Below are positions 1 through 11,831 of a DNA stretch of 64,000 bases, piece after piece. Numbering within the stretch: the stretch's first letter is position 1; each line of letters opens with the position of its first letter. The DNA lies in assembly GCF_963921235.1 (NCBI RefSeq), contig NC_086109.1, positions 7,752,001-7,816,000 of the forward strand. The letters run 5' to 3'. Position numbers and translations under genes: made by a program. The DNA is from Mobula hypostoma (Eukaryota). The notes under the pieces were generated by a model, which was not told the origin of the DNA, did no database searches, and worked only from the letters and a program-made list of their open reading frames with translations.

Positions 1-240
1 TGCACTTTCAGTCTATCTGTGCCCCCCATGATTTTATACGCCTTTGTACCTTTCAGTCTCCTACACCTCATGCAAAGGAAGTCCCAACGTGCTCAGTTTA
101 TCTCCTTAACTCATTCCCTTGAGTCCCGGCAACACCCTTGTAAATCTGCTCCGCACTCTTTCTAGCTTCATTCCTTTAAAACCCGAACACAATATTCCTA
201 AGGCAGCCTCACCAGAGTCTTGCAAAACTGCTACATAGCA
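1..240 (-). mobile_element. CR1 LINE 3' ORF2 fragment (degenerate)
   Basis: Minus-strand translation 'LERVRSRFTRVLPGLKGMS' matches the ERVQRRFTRMLPG motif of the intact CR1 ORF2 in this window. Confidence 0.75.
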
Positions 241-271
241 CCCGAACTTCGGAACACGAGCGACCCTGCCC

Positions 272-432
272 ATGCTGGAAATCCAAAGCAACACACGCAG
301 AATTCTGGAGGAGCTCAGTAGGCCAGGCAGCAACCATGGAAATGAAAAAACAGTTTCGGGGTGAGACCATTCTTCAGGGCGGGAAAGGATGGGGGAGGAT
401 GCCAGAATAAAAACAGTGGGGGGAGGGGAAGA
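272..432 (-). mobile_element. Penelope-like element (PLE) terminal-repeat fragment with degenerate hammerhead
   Basis: ATGCTGGAAATCC..AACACAC..CTGGAGGAGCTCAG..GGCCAGGCAGCA block, recurring many times in the window and linked to a GIY-YIG remnant at 26.6 kb. Confidence 0.7.
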
Positions 433-809
433 CATGTACAGAGTTGGAGATATAATAATATGGGTTTTGACAGGTCTTGCAGAGACAATTTTCAAACCAC
501 AGCAAATAAAAGTGTCCATAAGTTAAGAGAAGTGGTGCCGATACGCCAAAGAGGGGCAAAGCACTGAGTGGAATGGGATGAAGGAGTGAAACATATTCTG
601 CAAACCGCAGTCTGGTGAAGTCTCCCACATGTTAACAAAGCAAACTGCAACTTGGTGACATTTCAATGTTTGCATATTCAGTTGCTCCAACTGCAAAACA
701 AACACCAAACCACGCCAACATAAACAGGACAATGAAAGCTCTCCTATTTAAACATCCTGCGACTATAACTCCCTTCTGTTGCCAAGTCAATTCCTTATAA
801 AATCTAGCT

Positions 810-1150
810 CCACCATCAAGGAGATCTTCAAGGGGCAATGCCTCGAGTAGGGCAGCATCCATCAATAAGGACCCTCACCACCCAGGACGTGCCCCCTTCT
901 CATTACTACCATCATGGGGGAGGTACAGGAGCCTGAAAATATACCCTCGATGTTTCAGAAACAGCTTCCTCCCCTCCGGCATCATCAGGTGGTCCATGAA
1001 CCATCTTGCTACACGATCTTGCTATCCCTTTTTTCTTGCACTATAATTTGTCTTTGTAATCGATAGCAATTTTTCCACCTTTGTACTAAACTGCTGCTGC
1101 AAAGAAACAAATTTCATGACATATAAGACAGTGATAGTAAATCTGATTCC
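810..1150 (+). mobile_element. Rex1/Babar-like LINE 3' fragment
   Basis: Encodes a degenerate AASIIKDPHHPGHALFSLLPSGRRYRSLK motif; 3' UTR ends in a CTGATTC-type tail. Confidence 0.7.
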
Positions 1151-1189
1151 AACAGAGGACACAGTACACTACAGCATAGACTTGAGAAG

Positions 1190-1657
1190 GTCTGCAGATG
1201 CTGGAGCTCCACAGCGACACAAAAACAGAATGCTGGAGGAACTCAGCAGGCCAGGCAGCATCCACAGAAAAGAATACAGTCAACGTCTCAGGCAAAGACC
1301 CTTCATCAGCACTGGGGAGAACAGGGAGAAGTCAGGATAAGAAGGTGGGGGGAGGGGAGGAAGGAGTGCAAGGTGACAGGGGATAGGTGAAACCGGGGGA
1401 GGGGTGAAGTGAAGAGCTGGGAAGTTGATTGATGGAAGAAATAAAGGGCTGGAGAAGGGGGAACCTGATAGGAGGGGAGAGAAGATCATGGAAGAAAGGG
1501 AAAGCGAGAGAGTACCAGAGGAAGATGATGGACAGGTGAGGAGATAAGGCATGACAGAGAAACCAACATGGGGAATGGTGAAGGTGGGGGGAGCAGAAGT
1601 TTGAGCAATCGATGTTCATGTCATCAGGCTGGAGGCTACGGAGACGGAATATAAGGA
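1190..1657 (-). mobile_element. PLE 3' fragment, interrupted at ~1657 and resuming at ~2312
   Basis: PLE terminal block, purine-rich tract and ATGTTCATGTCATCAGGCTGGAGGCTAC..GAATATAAGG; continues as TCCAACCTGAGTGTG after the insert. Confidence 0.7.
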
Positions 1658-2311
1658 GGGAGGAGAAGATGGCCACGCGACGCAGGGCGCACAGCTGTTC
1701 TGAATTGATATCTATGTGTAACTAGGGGCCATGCATCAATCCGGATTTGATGGGGGACAGCCGTAAAGCATAGAGGAACATCTGGTGAAACTTCTAAAAT
1801 GCCCGCTTCGCTGCCACTGCTATTGTGCGATCGAGAATCTGCAGAGACGAAGGCCCCAAATCCTCGGCTTTGCGTATCACCTGTTGCCAGGGCCGGGGTC
1901 GAAGTGCTCGGCAGAGATGGTGCTCGGTGCATCGGTGTCGGAGAGCTGGTAAGAGGCTCGGAGTTTTTCGGACGGACTCGGAGTCGGATTGCGATCGGAT
2001 GCTTCCGGGATGCTGCATCGGCAAGTGTGCGATGCTGGAGGTTCACCGTCTGCGTGAGATGATGGGACTTTCGAGAGACTTTGAGATTTTTTACCGTGCC
2101 CATGGTCTGTTCTTATTAAATCACGGTATTGCTTTGCACTGTTGTAAATATATGTTATAACTATACGGTTTTTGTTCGTTTTTAAGTTGGTTTGTCATGT
2201 GTTTTCGTGATATCATTCTGGAAAAACATTTTTATCATTTCTTAATGCATGCATTACTAAATGACAATAAAAGGGGACTGTGTGTCCTCATAATCATAAT
2301 CATAATCTAAT
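1658..2311 (+). mobile_element. ~650 bp non-autonomous retroelement (GGAGGAGAAGATGG head, ATAATC-type tail), copy 1
   Basis: Colinear with 6206-6834 over its whole length; CpG-rich head; AATAAA then (ATAATC)n tail. Confidence 0.8.
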
Positions 2312-2603
2312 CTTCCAACCTGAGTGTGTTACAGCACAGGACAGCCCCTTCGCCTCCCTAAGGGTTAATTTGCAGGTTGTGTCAGTGGTGAGGAAGGCAA
2401 ATGTGATGTTAGCATTTGTTTCAAGAGGACTAGAATATAAAAGCAAGAATATAATGTTGAGGCTTTATAAGGCAGTGTTGAGACCTCACTTTGGAGAATT
2501 GTGAGAACCTTATCAAAGAAAGGATGTGTTAACATTGGACAGGTTCCAGAAGTGAATCACGAAAATGATTCCGGGATTGAAAAGCTTATCATGAGGAATG
2601 TTT

Positions 2604-2810
2604 ACAACAGGAATTCTACAGATGCTGGAAATTCAAGCAACACACATAAAAGTTGCTGGTGAACGCAGCAGGCCAGGCAGCATCTCTAGGAAGAGGTGCA
2701 GTCGACGTTTCAGGCCGAGACCCTTCGTCAGGCCTGAAACGTCGACTGCACCTCTTCCTAGAGATGCTGCCTGGCCTGCTGCGTTCACCAGCAACTTTTA
2801 TGTGTGTTGC
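2604..2810. mobile_element. Palindromic PLE-derived mini-element, copy A
   Basis: Perfect 80-bp inverted arms 2637-2716/2731-2810, 14-nt loop, 33-nt one-sided extension; 14-bp direct repeat CATGAGGAATGTTT at 2590-2603 and 2810-2823. Confidence 0.9.
2699..2736 (-). ncRNA. Minimal type I hammerhead ribozyme motif
   Basis: Minus strand caggc-CUGACGA-agg gucucgg ccu-GAAA-CGUC-gacug: intact core and GUC triplet; stem I has one mismatch. Confidence 0.7.
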
Positions 2811-3419
2811 ATGAGGAATGTTTGATGGCTCTGGGCCTGTGCTCACTAGAATTCAGAAGAATGAGGGGGAATCTTATTGAAACCTATCAATTGTTGAAAG
2901 GCCTCGATAGAGTGGATGTGGAAAGGATGTTTCCAATGGTGGGGGAATGTAAGACCAGAGGACATGGCCTTAGAATAGAGGGATGTTCATTTATAATGGA
3001 GATGAGAAGGAATTTCTTTAGTCAGAGAGTGGTAAATCCAAGGAATTCATTGCCACAAGTAGCTGTGGAGGCCAAGTCATTAAGTTACTTAAGGCAGAGG
3101 GTGATAGATTCTTGGTTAGTCAGGGCATGAAGGGATACAGGGAGAAGGCAGGAGATTGGGTCTGAGATGGAAAATGGATCAGCAATGATGAAATGGCGGA
3201 GCAGACTCGATTGGTCAAATGGCCTAATCTGCTCCTACATCTTATGGTCTAATATATCTGCCTCTACCAGCACTCTTGGCAGCATGTTCCACTCATTCAG
3301 AATGCTGATTCTTTTTATTTAACTTTACTGTCATCATTGCAAGAGGAAAGCCCAATTAATACCATCCCAAGTTTCAAAGTAAATTTATTATTAAAGTATA
3401 TATATTTATTTATTTGTTG

Positions 3420-3585
3420 AGATACAACACGGAATAGGCCCTTCCAGCTGTTTGAGCCCCACTTCCCACCAACCCCTGATTTAACCCTAACCTAATCACC
3501 AGACAATATACAATGACCAATTCGTGTGCCAACTGGTAAGTCCTTTGGACTGTCAGAGGAAACCAGAGTACCCGGAGGAAAACGT
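3420..3585 (-). mobile_element. HE1/V-SINE-like SINE fragment
   Basis: Reverse complement of the GTTTCCTCCGGGTACTCTGGTTTCCTC..CAGTCCAAAGG V-domain-like motif. Confidence 0.65.
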
Positions 3586-3767
3586 GTTTCCATCCATGTA
3601 CAAAAGGGATTCAGCAGATGCTGGAATACCAGAGTATTGCACACAAAACACTGGAGGCACTCAGTAGATCAGGCAGCATCTACGGAGAGGGAAAAACAGT
3701 CAACAGTTCGGGCTGAGACCCTTCATCACAGCCTTTAGGATTCATATGTGACCATATACTGCCTGAG

Positions 3768-4014
3768 AGTTGTGTATTTGATATTTCAATAATATTTGAG
3801 CTATCCTGTGCATATGTTGGCTGATTAAGCATTCGTGTTTGTTTAATTAATTAATTACGGGTTATATGTAAAAATACATAATTTCATATGTCGTCACGCT
3901 ACCACATTAAAAGTGTGTGCCTTGCTTAAAGTAAAGACGAAGCTACACCTGCTTTCCCAGACTCCCGTCTTTTCCTTGAATTAGTTTAATGTTTTGAAGT
4001 TACAAAATGTAACA
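3768..4014 (+). mobile_element. Probable solo LTR (~247 bp)
   Basis: Ends TGTAACA, starts AGTTGTG (degenerate TGT); flanked by CTGAG/CTGAA; its removal rejoins the host repeat. Confidence 0.5.
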
Positions 4015-5094
4015 CTGAAATTCGTTTTCTTGTGGGCATTTACAGAAGGACAAAGAAATACGATAGATTCAATATGAAAACTACATACGAACAAATACAG
4101 GCAAACAACCAAAGTACTAAAAATGAATAAACAAACAAATATACGTACATACATATTTATATACATATATATATAAAAATAGGAAGATTGATAAATAATA
4201 CTGAGGACAGAAGTTGTAGAGTCCTCGACACTGAATCCATAAGTTGTGAAATCAGTTCAATACTGAGCTGAATGAAGCCATCCATAACCACAAACACAAG
4301 AGATTCTGCAGACGTTTTGGTAATCCAGAGTAACACACGCACGCAAAATGCTGGAGGAACTCTGCAAGTCAGGCAGCATCTATGGAGAGGAATAAACAGT
4401 CGATGTTTTGGGCCAGGACTCTTCATCAGATCTGGAAAGGAAGGGGGAAGAAGCCACAGTGGTTCTCTTCACTCACCTCAATTACTCTTAATAGGACGTT
4501 ACACGCTCTGTCCATGGCGTTCTGTACTGCTACATCGAGGCACAGTGCAATTGGAGTAACAGCACCTAGACATAATGCAGTATTTGGGATTCAATATCAA
4601 GTTCTCTGTCATCAGGTAACTCCCTCTTTCTATTGCTAATTTTATTTATTTCAAGTCATTTAAAAGAGCAAGCAACCTTCAGAACTGGCAGACTTGGGCT
4701 GTGCTGCAAAATGACAGATTTCACGTCATGCAAGACAGTGATAACGGGACTGGTTGTGATTCTGATTCTGATTCGTTGAGGGTATCACAACTGTCCATTT
4801 CTATAAATCGTTATTTTGGCTCATGTATTTTCTCTCTATTAATGCAGTTCGACAATTTGTGTGTGTCCCTGCTATTAGTAGCATGTTACACATAATGTTC
4901 TCTGCTTTCTGAGCCTGTTCCAGCACTGTATTGATCCACGACTCAGCTCGCTTCTACTCCTTCCACTAATAAATTTCAGCTTCTGCTGCCACTTACTGAA
5001 TGCTCCATTGAAGGGAAATAATTTTTCCCATTCACCCTTTCTGGCCCTCTCATAATTTTGAAACCTCAAATAAATCTTAGCGTGACAGGGTGAA

Positions 5095-5420
5095 AAGCAG
5101 GTGTGTGGTGCTCCTTCCCTCTGCTGGCCTCCCTATTTAGCCCCCGATCAGGGTCACCTGAAGCCGTGGGAGCAGGTGGTGGATGGTCGTATGAGCGGCC
5201 GGTGCATTTCACAAGTCCTGGTTATGCGACCACTGACACCAGGCAAACAATCTCTGAAGAAGAGTATTGATAATGGCTGGAGTCACCTGTCTTGTAAAGA
5301 CACTGCCCAGAAGAAGGCAATGGCAGACCATTTCTGTAGAAAAGTTTGCCAAAAACAATCATGGCTAGGGGAAGATCATGATTGCCCACGTTGTACAACA
5401 TGGCACATTACGAATGAACG
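5095..5420 (+). mobile_element. RTE-related non-autonomous element, copy 1
   Basis: Colinear with 35755-36130; AGAAGAAGGCAATGGCAGACCATTTCTGTAG resembles the BovB/RTE GGAGAAGGGAATGGCAAACCACT motif. Confidence 0.65.
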
Positions 5421-5424
5421 TATT

Positions 5425-5602
5425 AAATCTCCCATTTAATCCTGATGAAGGGTCTCAGTTTGAAACATCTTTTCCTCCACAGTTGCTGCCTGTTCTCCAG
5501 CACCTTTTGTGTGCAGCTTAAGATTTCCAGCATCTGCAGATTCCTGTGTTTATAATTAAAACTTCTATTTCATTTCTTCCCTCACTTCTCTTACCCATAA
5601 TT
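5425..5602 (+). repeat. Left copy of the ~175-bp direct repeat flanking the L1
   Basis: Matches 7959-8128, including the same internal deletions in the PLE fragment. Confidence 0.9.
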
Positions 5603-7958
5603 GTATTTACAGTCCATTCCCTTTAAAATAACTTATGATAATTTTTCCTATCTTGGTGTGACTATTACAAAAAAACCCAGATGACCTTTTGCAAATGAAT
5701 TGGCGAAACAAAGATGAGCAGGTTAGACGCAATATTGACTTCCGGAAAACCCTTCCAATTTCTTTGGTGGGGAGGGTTAACGCAGTCAAGATGATTGTAC
5801 TGCCACGATTTCTTCATCTTTTCCAGTCAATTCTATGTTTTATTCCTCTGTCATATTTTAAGCAATTGGATTCAATTATTATACCCTTCATCTGGAATTA
5901 TAAAGCCATTAGAATTACTAAAAAACACTTGTCAAAGCCCAAGGAAGCAGGTGGTTTCACCCTACCGAACGTTAAAATATATTACCGGGCTGCCCACCTA
6001 TCCTTTCTTGCATGGTGGAAAAAGGCCCACCCTCTACCTCAGACTTGTGCCCAGCATGGTTACTCATAGAGCGAATGCTTTGTAAGAAGACTTCCTTACC
6101 AGCTCTCCTTAATAGCCCCACTGCAGTTAATAAGTCACATTTTAGTAACAGCTTCATGGCTGGCAACACTATAAGAATTTGGAAGCAGATTCAACTATAC
6201 ATTAACGGCGGGAGGAGAAGACAACGGCGCGACGCAGCGTGTGCAGCTCTCCGGTGAAATGATATCGTATTTGTAAGTAGGATGCCGTGCACAATTCTGA
6301 TTTGATGGAGACAGGCGTGAGAAGCAGAGGAACATCTGGAGAAATTTCTGAAATGCCCAGTTCACTGCCGCTGCTACTGTGCGATCGAGAATCTCCGGAG
6401 GGATGGCCCCAAAGTCCCCGGCTTTGCCTGCTGCTGGCGACCGAGGCTGAGGTCGAAGCATTTGGCAGAGACGGTGCTCAGTACTTAGTGTCGGAGGGCT
6501 GATCGGAGCTCGAAGTTTTCGGATGACTCAGAGTCGGACTGTGGTCGGGCATGGCAGGGAGAGTTTTCTTCCTTCTCCCATCTGCGTGAGACGTGGGACT
6601 TTCGAGAAACTTTGAACTTTTTACTGTGCCATGGCCTGTTCTTCATCAAGTTATGGTAATGTTGCACTGTTGTAACTGTATGTTATAATTATGTGGTTTT
6701 GTTAGTTTTTCAGTCTTAGTCTGTCCTGTGTTTCTGTGATATCACACCGGAGGAATATTGTATCATTTCTTAATGCATGCATTACTAAATGACAATAAAA
6801 GAAGGACTGCGTGTCCTCATAATCTAATAATCTAACATTAAGACCCCAAAAACATATATTGACAATTTGATTGTGACAATCATTCCTTTTTGCCTGGCCT
6901 GAATGATACTGTTTTTTCTACCTGGAAACAGAGATGCATCTGTAGTGTAGGTGACCTACATATTAATGGAAATTTTGCCTCATTTGTGCAGTTACAAGCA
7001 GTTTACAATATCCCTGCATCTAGTTTTTTAAGATATTTACAAATTTGAGATTATGTTAGGAAATATATACCTAACTTTGAAGTTTTAGACAAACATGAGT
7101 CCCTGGAGGCAATAAATAAATTTGATCCTGTTACTCGTAGTGCGGTATCCTATTTTTATTAGATCCTACATAATGGAGCTTGGGTGAATACTGCAGGTTT
7201 TAAACAGGCACGGGTGGATGAATTGGGTATAGAACTGACAGAGGAGGTCTGGGATGAGTGTTTAAAGGGTATACATGATTGTTCAGTCAACATCAGACAC
7301 AGACTTATACAGTTTAAAACAGTACATGGACTCCATTATTCCAAAGAAAAGTTGCACAGTTTCTACCCTGAAGTTTCACCAATTTGTAATAGTTGTAAAT
7401 CTGTGAACAGTAACTTGTCACATTCACTCTGCTCATGTTGTAAGAGTTATGCATACTGGAAAAGTATTTTTCACTGTTTCGCTGAGGCTTTTGGGAAGCG
7501 GTGGGAACCAGACCCGCTCATAGCCATCCTTGGAGCAGCAACCTCCCTATCTTCAGCCAATATGTATGAAAAAATGGATGTATTGTTTGGAATGGTGACT
7601 GCTAAGAAGTTAATCCTGCAAATGTGGAAAATGGACTCTGTGCTTACATACAATCTGTGGCTGAGAAAACTGGAAAATACTTCACATTTGGAGAGACTGA
7701 GACTATGTAATGAGGACAGAGAGGACATCTTTGAAAGGATATGGGGCCCTGTACTGGACTTTCTTACGGGATGAGAACTGAGGTTTTTTGGTGTGGTGCA
7801 CCTCTGCTGTGTATGTTTGCACTTGCCTTTATATTTTTCTCCTTTTTGTTGCTCAATATTTAATTTGATTTTGTTATGGTTGTGGTTTTTGTGGATGTGC
7901 TGTATTTTTTTTGTTTGTTTGTTTGTAATAAATAAATAAATAAAATATTTTTTTTTAG
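5603..7958 (+). mobile_element. L1-clade LINE, 5'-truncated ORF2 pseudogene with 3' UTR
   Basis: Motifs FSYLGVTI, LPISLVGRVNAVKMIVLPRFLHLFQS, PKEAGG..LPN, RLIQFKTVH, and zinc knuckle CNSC..H..C; frameshifts and stops; ends in an AATAAA-rich tail. Confidence 0.92.
6206..6834 (+). mobile_element. ~630 bp non-autonomous retroelement, copy 2, inserted in the L1
   Basis: TSD ACATTAA at 6199-6205 and 6835-6841; removal restores IWKQIQLYI-KTPKTYID. Confidence 0.88.
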
Positions 7959-8128
7959 AAATCTCCCATTTAATCCTGAAGGGTCTCAGTTTGAAACATC
8001 TTTTCCTCTACAGTTGCTGCCTGTCCTCCAGCATCTTTTGTGTGCAGCTTAAGATTTCCAGCATCTGCAGAACCCCGTGTTTATAATCTTCTATTTCATT
8101 TCTTCTCTCAATTTTCTTACCCATAATT
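7959..8128 (+). repeat. Right copy of the ~175-bp direct repeat flanking the L1
   Basis: Matches 5425-5602. Confidence 0.9.
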
Positions 8129-8170
8129 CTCTACCCCATTACAGCTCCCTCTCCGGAGCACAATACCCCT

Positions 8171-8564
8171 TGCTGTTGTGTGAATGAAGTCACTGGAGAA
8201 AATTACTGGTAGATACAAAGCAGCTTCGTTATTCAATAAAACAAAGTACAGCAGGCATCATATGGAGATGCTTTCAGTCGAAAGGGCTTGATATTTTATG
8301 CGCCAAACATCAAAGGACAATTCCATATTTACAATGTATCCACAATGCTTTCTTTGAAACTACACACAAACTTCACACCACCCTCTTTGCATGCACACCA
8401 TGGACACCCAATTTAATTTTAATCAGCATTTTCTGGTCTGGGATTCATGGCTTTTAAGAACCCATTATTCAGAGCTGCACTCCAAATTAAATCCACAATA
8501 CATATTCAGATGTGAAGACTGGTAGACAAATGTAAATGTGCTAAACCCAAAAGTTGTTCCAACA
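8171..8564 (-). mobile_element. Solo LTR (~394 bp)
   Basis: TG..CA ends; 5-bp TSD CCCCT (8166-8170, 8565-8569); shares GAAGCTGCTTTGTATCTACCAGT (reverse complement) with the LTR ending at 46043. Confidence 0.75.
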
Positions 8565-8589
8565 CCCCTCTTGTAGTGTTTTGACCCTG

Positions 8590-8795
8590 AAGCTCCAGAG
8601 AGCCATGGACTTAGCCCAATACATCACAAGCACATGTTTCTCCACCATCAATAGTATCTACAGGAGGCCCTGCCTCAGGAAGGCAATATCTCTCATCAAA
8701 AATTCCCACTGTCCGGGCCATGCCATCCTCCCACAGCTCCCACCGAGCAGGAGGTACAGAAGCCTGAAGAACCACACCACCAGGTTCAAGAACAA
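8590..8795 (+). mobile_element. Rex1/Babar-like LINE fragment
   Basis: KLQRAMDLAQYIT..CLRKAISLIK..PGHAIL..PSRRYRSLKNHTTRFKN. Confidence 0.75.
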
Positions 8796-10163
8796 AGTTC
8801 AAAGTTCAAAGTACATTTATTATCAAAGTATGTATACATATACAACCTGGAGATTTGTCTCCTTACAGGCAGCCACAAAACAAGAAACCCAATAGAACCC
8901 ATTAAACCAAAAAAAGACCATCAAACATCCAATGTGCATGCAAAAAAATAAAACAAATCATGCAGACGGCAAAAGCAAGCAAACAGCTGAGGTTCATGAA
9001 AATGAGTCCACAGCCGAGGAGGCAGGCGTCACTGCTGCCGATCCAGGAGCCCACTGGTTGCAGGCCGCAGCCTCAGTTCAGTGCAGAGACGAGTAAGCCT
9101 CATGGAGAAATGAGCCAAACTGGCCTGTCTTTTGCCTCCAGCCCCAACACAATGACCCTTCCATTCTAGCCTAGCGCTTAAACCTCAGGTGGTGGGAAAA
9201 TGGAGAGGGCAGGGGTGGGGAAAGGGACGGGGTGATGGGGACTGGTGGGATAAGGAGAAAAAGAAGGGACGCTGGGGAGTGGTTATCGGAAGATACAGAA
9301 ATCAATCTTGATGCCATCAGGTGAGAACTACCAAGATGATTTGCAGGCAATAGACAGGTTGGCTCAACAGTAGCACTGTATAAGTGATAAGTTACATGAT
9401 CCTCTTCTATGTCTAAAATCGTCTGTGCCTGAGGAGACCATTACTTAACTATTAACTCATTATCTATTATGAGGATTGGTTTGAAAGGTCTCAGCCTGTA
9501 TCCATGGAGGGGAATAAACTGTTGATGCTTCTAACTAAGAATCTTTATCAGGATTCTATTCCCCTCCATAGATTGCTGCCTGACTTGTTGAGTTCCTTGA
9601 GACCCCTCATCCAGACCTTATTCCTTGAGACCCCTCATCAGGACTTTATTCATGGTGATTTGTTGAGTTTAGCCAGAAATTGCATATGTTGCTCAACATC
9701 TGCAGTGTCTCTTGTGCTTCAGGTCTCAATCCATTTATTTAAAGTAGACCGACAACAGAAAATCAGGCAAGAAAAAGAGATTAATCTTTGCTTTTGATGT
9801 GGCTCAGACCATGGAATTTATAGCAAATGTCTTCAAAACAAAGTTGTGCTCTGTGATAGATTGTGGATTCAGTTACCGCTAGCTGAGGCAGGAATGTGGG
9901 AGTAAAGAGCTATGAAACAGATGGCTGTTTTTAGCCTGGCCGGTGATGAGGATTTTCTGAGCAATGAGGTCACCTTCTGAATGATGAGGTCACCTACAGC
10001 ATAAAGCTACAATAACTCCATTGTAAGTTTAAAGACTGTTATCACTTCCAAGGATAGCATCAACTAGAACAGATTTGCCAGAATTCAGCTGAAAGAAGTG
10101 TGCCTACTCACCCTTCCCTGTGCAGAGTGGCACAGAGTCCAACAATGCAACATCTGTGTCTGA

Positions 10164-10583
10164 CAAGAGAGATTCTGCAGATGTCGTAAAGCCAGTGCAA
10201 CACACACAAAATGCTGGAGGAACTCAGTGGGTCAGGCAGCATCTATGGAGGGGAATAAACAGCTGGCATTTCGGGCCAAGAAATATTTAAGGGGGATCTG
10301 AGGGAAATTTCTTCACTCACTCAGAGGGTGGTGAGAGTGTGGAACAAACTGCCAACAGTAGTGGTGGATGTTCAATTCTAACATGGAAGAGAAATTTGGA
10401 TAGGTACTTGGAAGGTTATAGTCCTGTTCCAGGTGGATAAGACCAGGTCAGCGTGGACTAGATGGGCTGAAGGGCCTGTTCCTGCACTGTAGGATTATAT
10501 AACTCATCCTGATGATGACAGTTTATTTCCCTCCATAGATGCTGCATGACCTGCTGAGTTCCTCCAGCATTTTGAGTGTGTTT
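10164..10583. mobile_element. Older inverted PLE pair with a CR1 3' fragment (~10281-10503) in its centre
   Basis: Left arm ACACACAAAATGCTGGAGGAACTCAG.. is inverted at 10520-10583; the middle has CR1-like FFTQRVVRVWNKLP sequence and 3' UTR. Confidence 0.7.
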
Positions 10584-10911
10584 CCCATTATACATGTGTG
10601 CACTGATCTCAATAAACATAGCCACAGGACACTGTAATGGACTTTGTTTTGATATCAGCGGGTGAGGATATTGCCTGGATGAGAGGGTAGGCGATAGAAG
10701 GAGAAGTCAGACTTGGGTTGTTTTCTCTACAGTGGTGGTGGCTGAAGAAAGATCTGACAAAGGTTTATAAAATTATGAGAGGCATTGATAGAATAGATGG
10801 TCTTTTCCCCAGGACGGAAATTTTAATTATGAAAGGGCATGTTTTTAAGGTGAAAGAGGGAAAAAGTTGAAATGAGATTTATGAGGAACGTGTTTCACAT
10901 AGAAGTTGGAA

Positions 10912-11258
10912 TGTTGCAAGGACGTGGCTGGGGATGAACCCAAGTGCAGGACACAGATGCTGAGGCAGAGTCATTAGGCGTAGCCCCTTCGCGAACAGAG
11001 AGTCAATACCCAGGAGACGATGCGAAGCTTTGAACTCACAGTTCTCAGGAATAGGAAACAGGGTTTGCTCTCACAAGAGTCGACCCACGAACTGGCGGCT
11101 TCTTGCTGTGGTCGTAGGGTTTTTATCCTGCCGTCTGATGGGAAGCAGGTGCGTGTAGTTAGTGGTACTTGGGATTGATTGGAATCTAAATAAGGTGATC
11201 GAGGCCCAAATCTTGAGGCAAATGGCAAGATGGGGGATTGCCAGACGGGACCATGACA
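10912..11258 (-). mobile_element. Solo LTR (347 bp, Gypsy-like) inside a CR1 fragment (~10655-11530)
   Basis: TGTTG..TGACA ends; 5-bp TSD TGGAA (10907-10911, 11259-11263). Confidence 0.78.
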
Positions 11259-11831
11259 TGGAAGGGGAGACGGTGGAAGCAAAAACAATAGCAACACTTA
11301 AAAGGCATTTAGTCAGACACATGGACAGGAAATGAACGGAGGGATATAGGCCATGTGCAGGCACAGACCATAGAGCATAGAACACTACAGGAATGGGCCC
11401 TCCAGCTCACAAAGTTGTGCCGAACCCGATAAAAAGCAAATCACAAACAGATTGGATTCGCTTAGATTGGCATTATGGTTGGCGCAGACATTTTGGACAG
11501 AAGCATCTGCCCCAGTCCTGTGCTGTTCCATATCCTATGTACCACCCCTCAATGGGCTGGATGACTCTGTGAATGCTACGGGTAACGAGCTGACCGTGGT
11601 TGTGGTGGAAACGGACATGACAGTGGCAATGAAGAGGCTGATAGATAGGCATACAGGGAATGAAGGGATATGGATCATGGGCAGACAGAAAAGTCTTAGT
11701 TCAGTTCTCAGTTCTGTATTGTGTTGGGTGCAGACATTGTTCAAAGTTCAAAGAAAATTTATTATCGAAGTTCATATACGTCATCATCAAACAGCCCTGA
11801 GATTCACTTTCTTGGTGGCATATTCAATAAA

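Larger units (their letters stand above)
2360..3250 (+). mobile_element. CR1 LINE 3' fragment interrupted by a palindromic PLE insert
   Basis: ORF pieces KANVMLAFVSRGLEYKSK..RLYKA and LGLCSLEFRRMRGNLIETY..NFFSQRVVN; CR1-type 3' UTR. Confidence 0.85.

Noticed and set aside
9943..9995. C/D box snoRNA-like GTGATGA..CTGA motifs
   Set aside because: Spacing too short and no terminal stem; explained by a 20-bp tandem duplication
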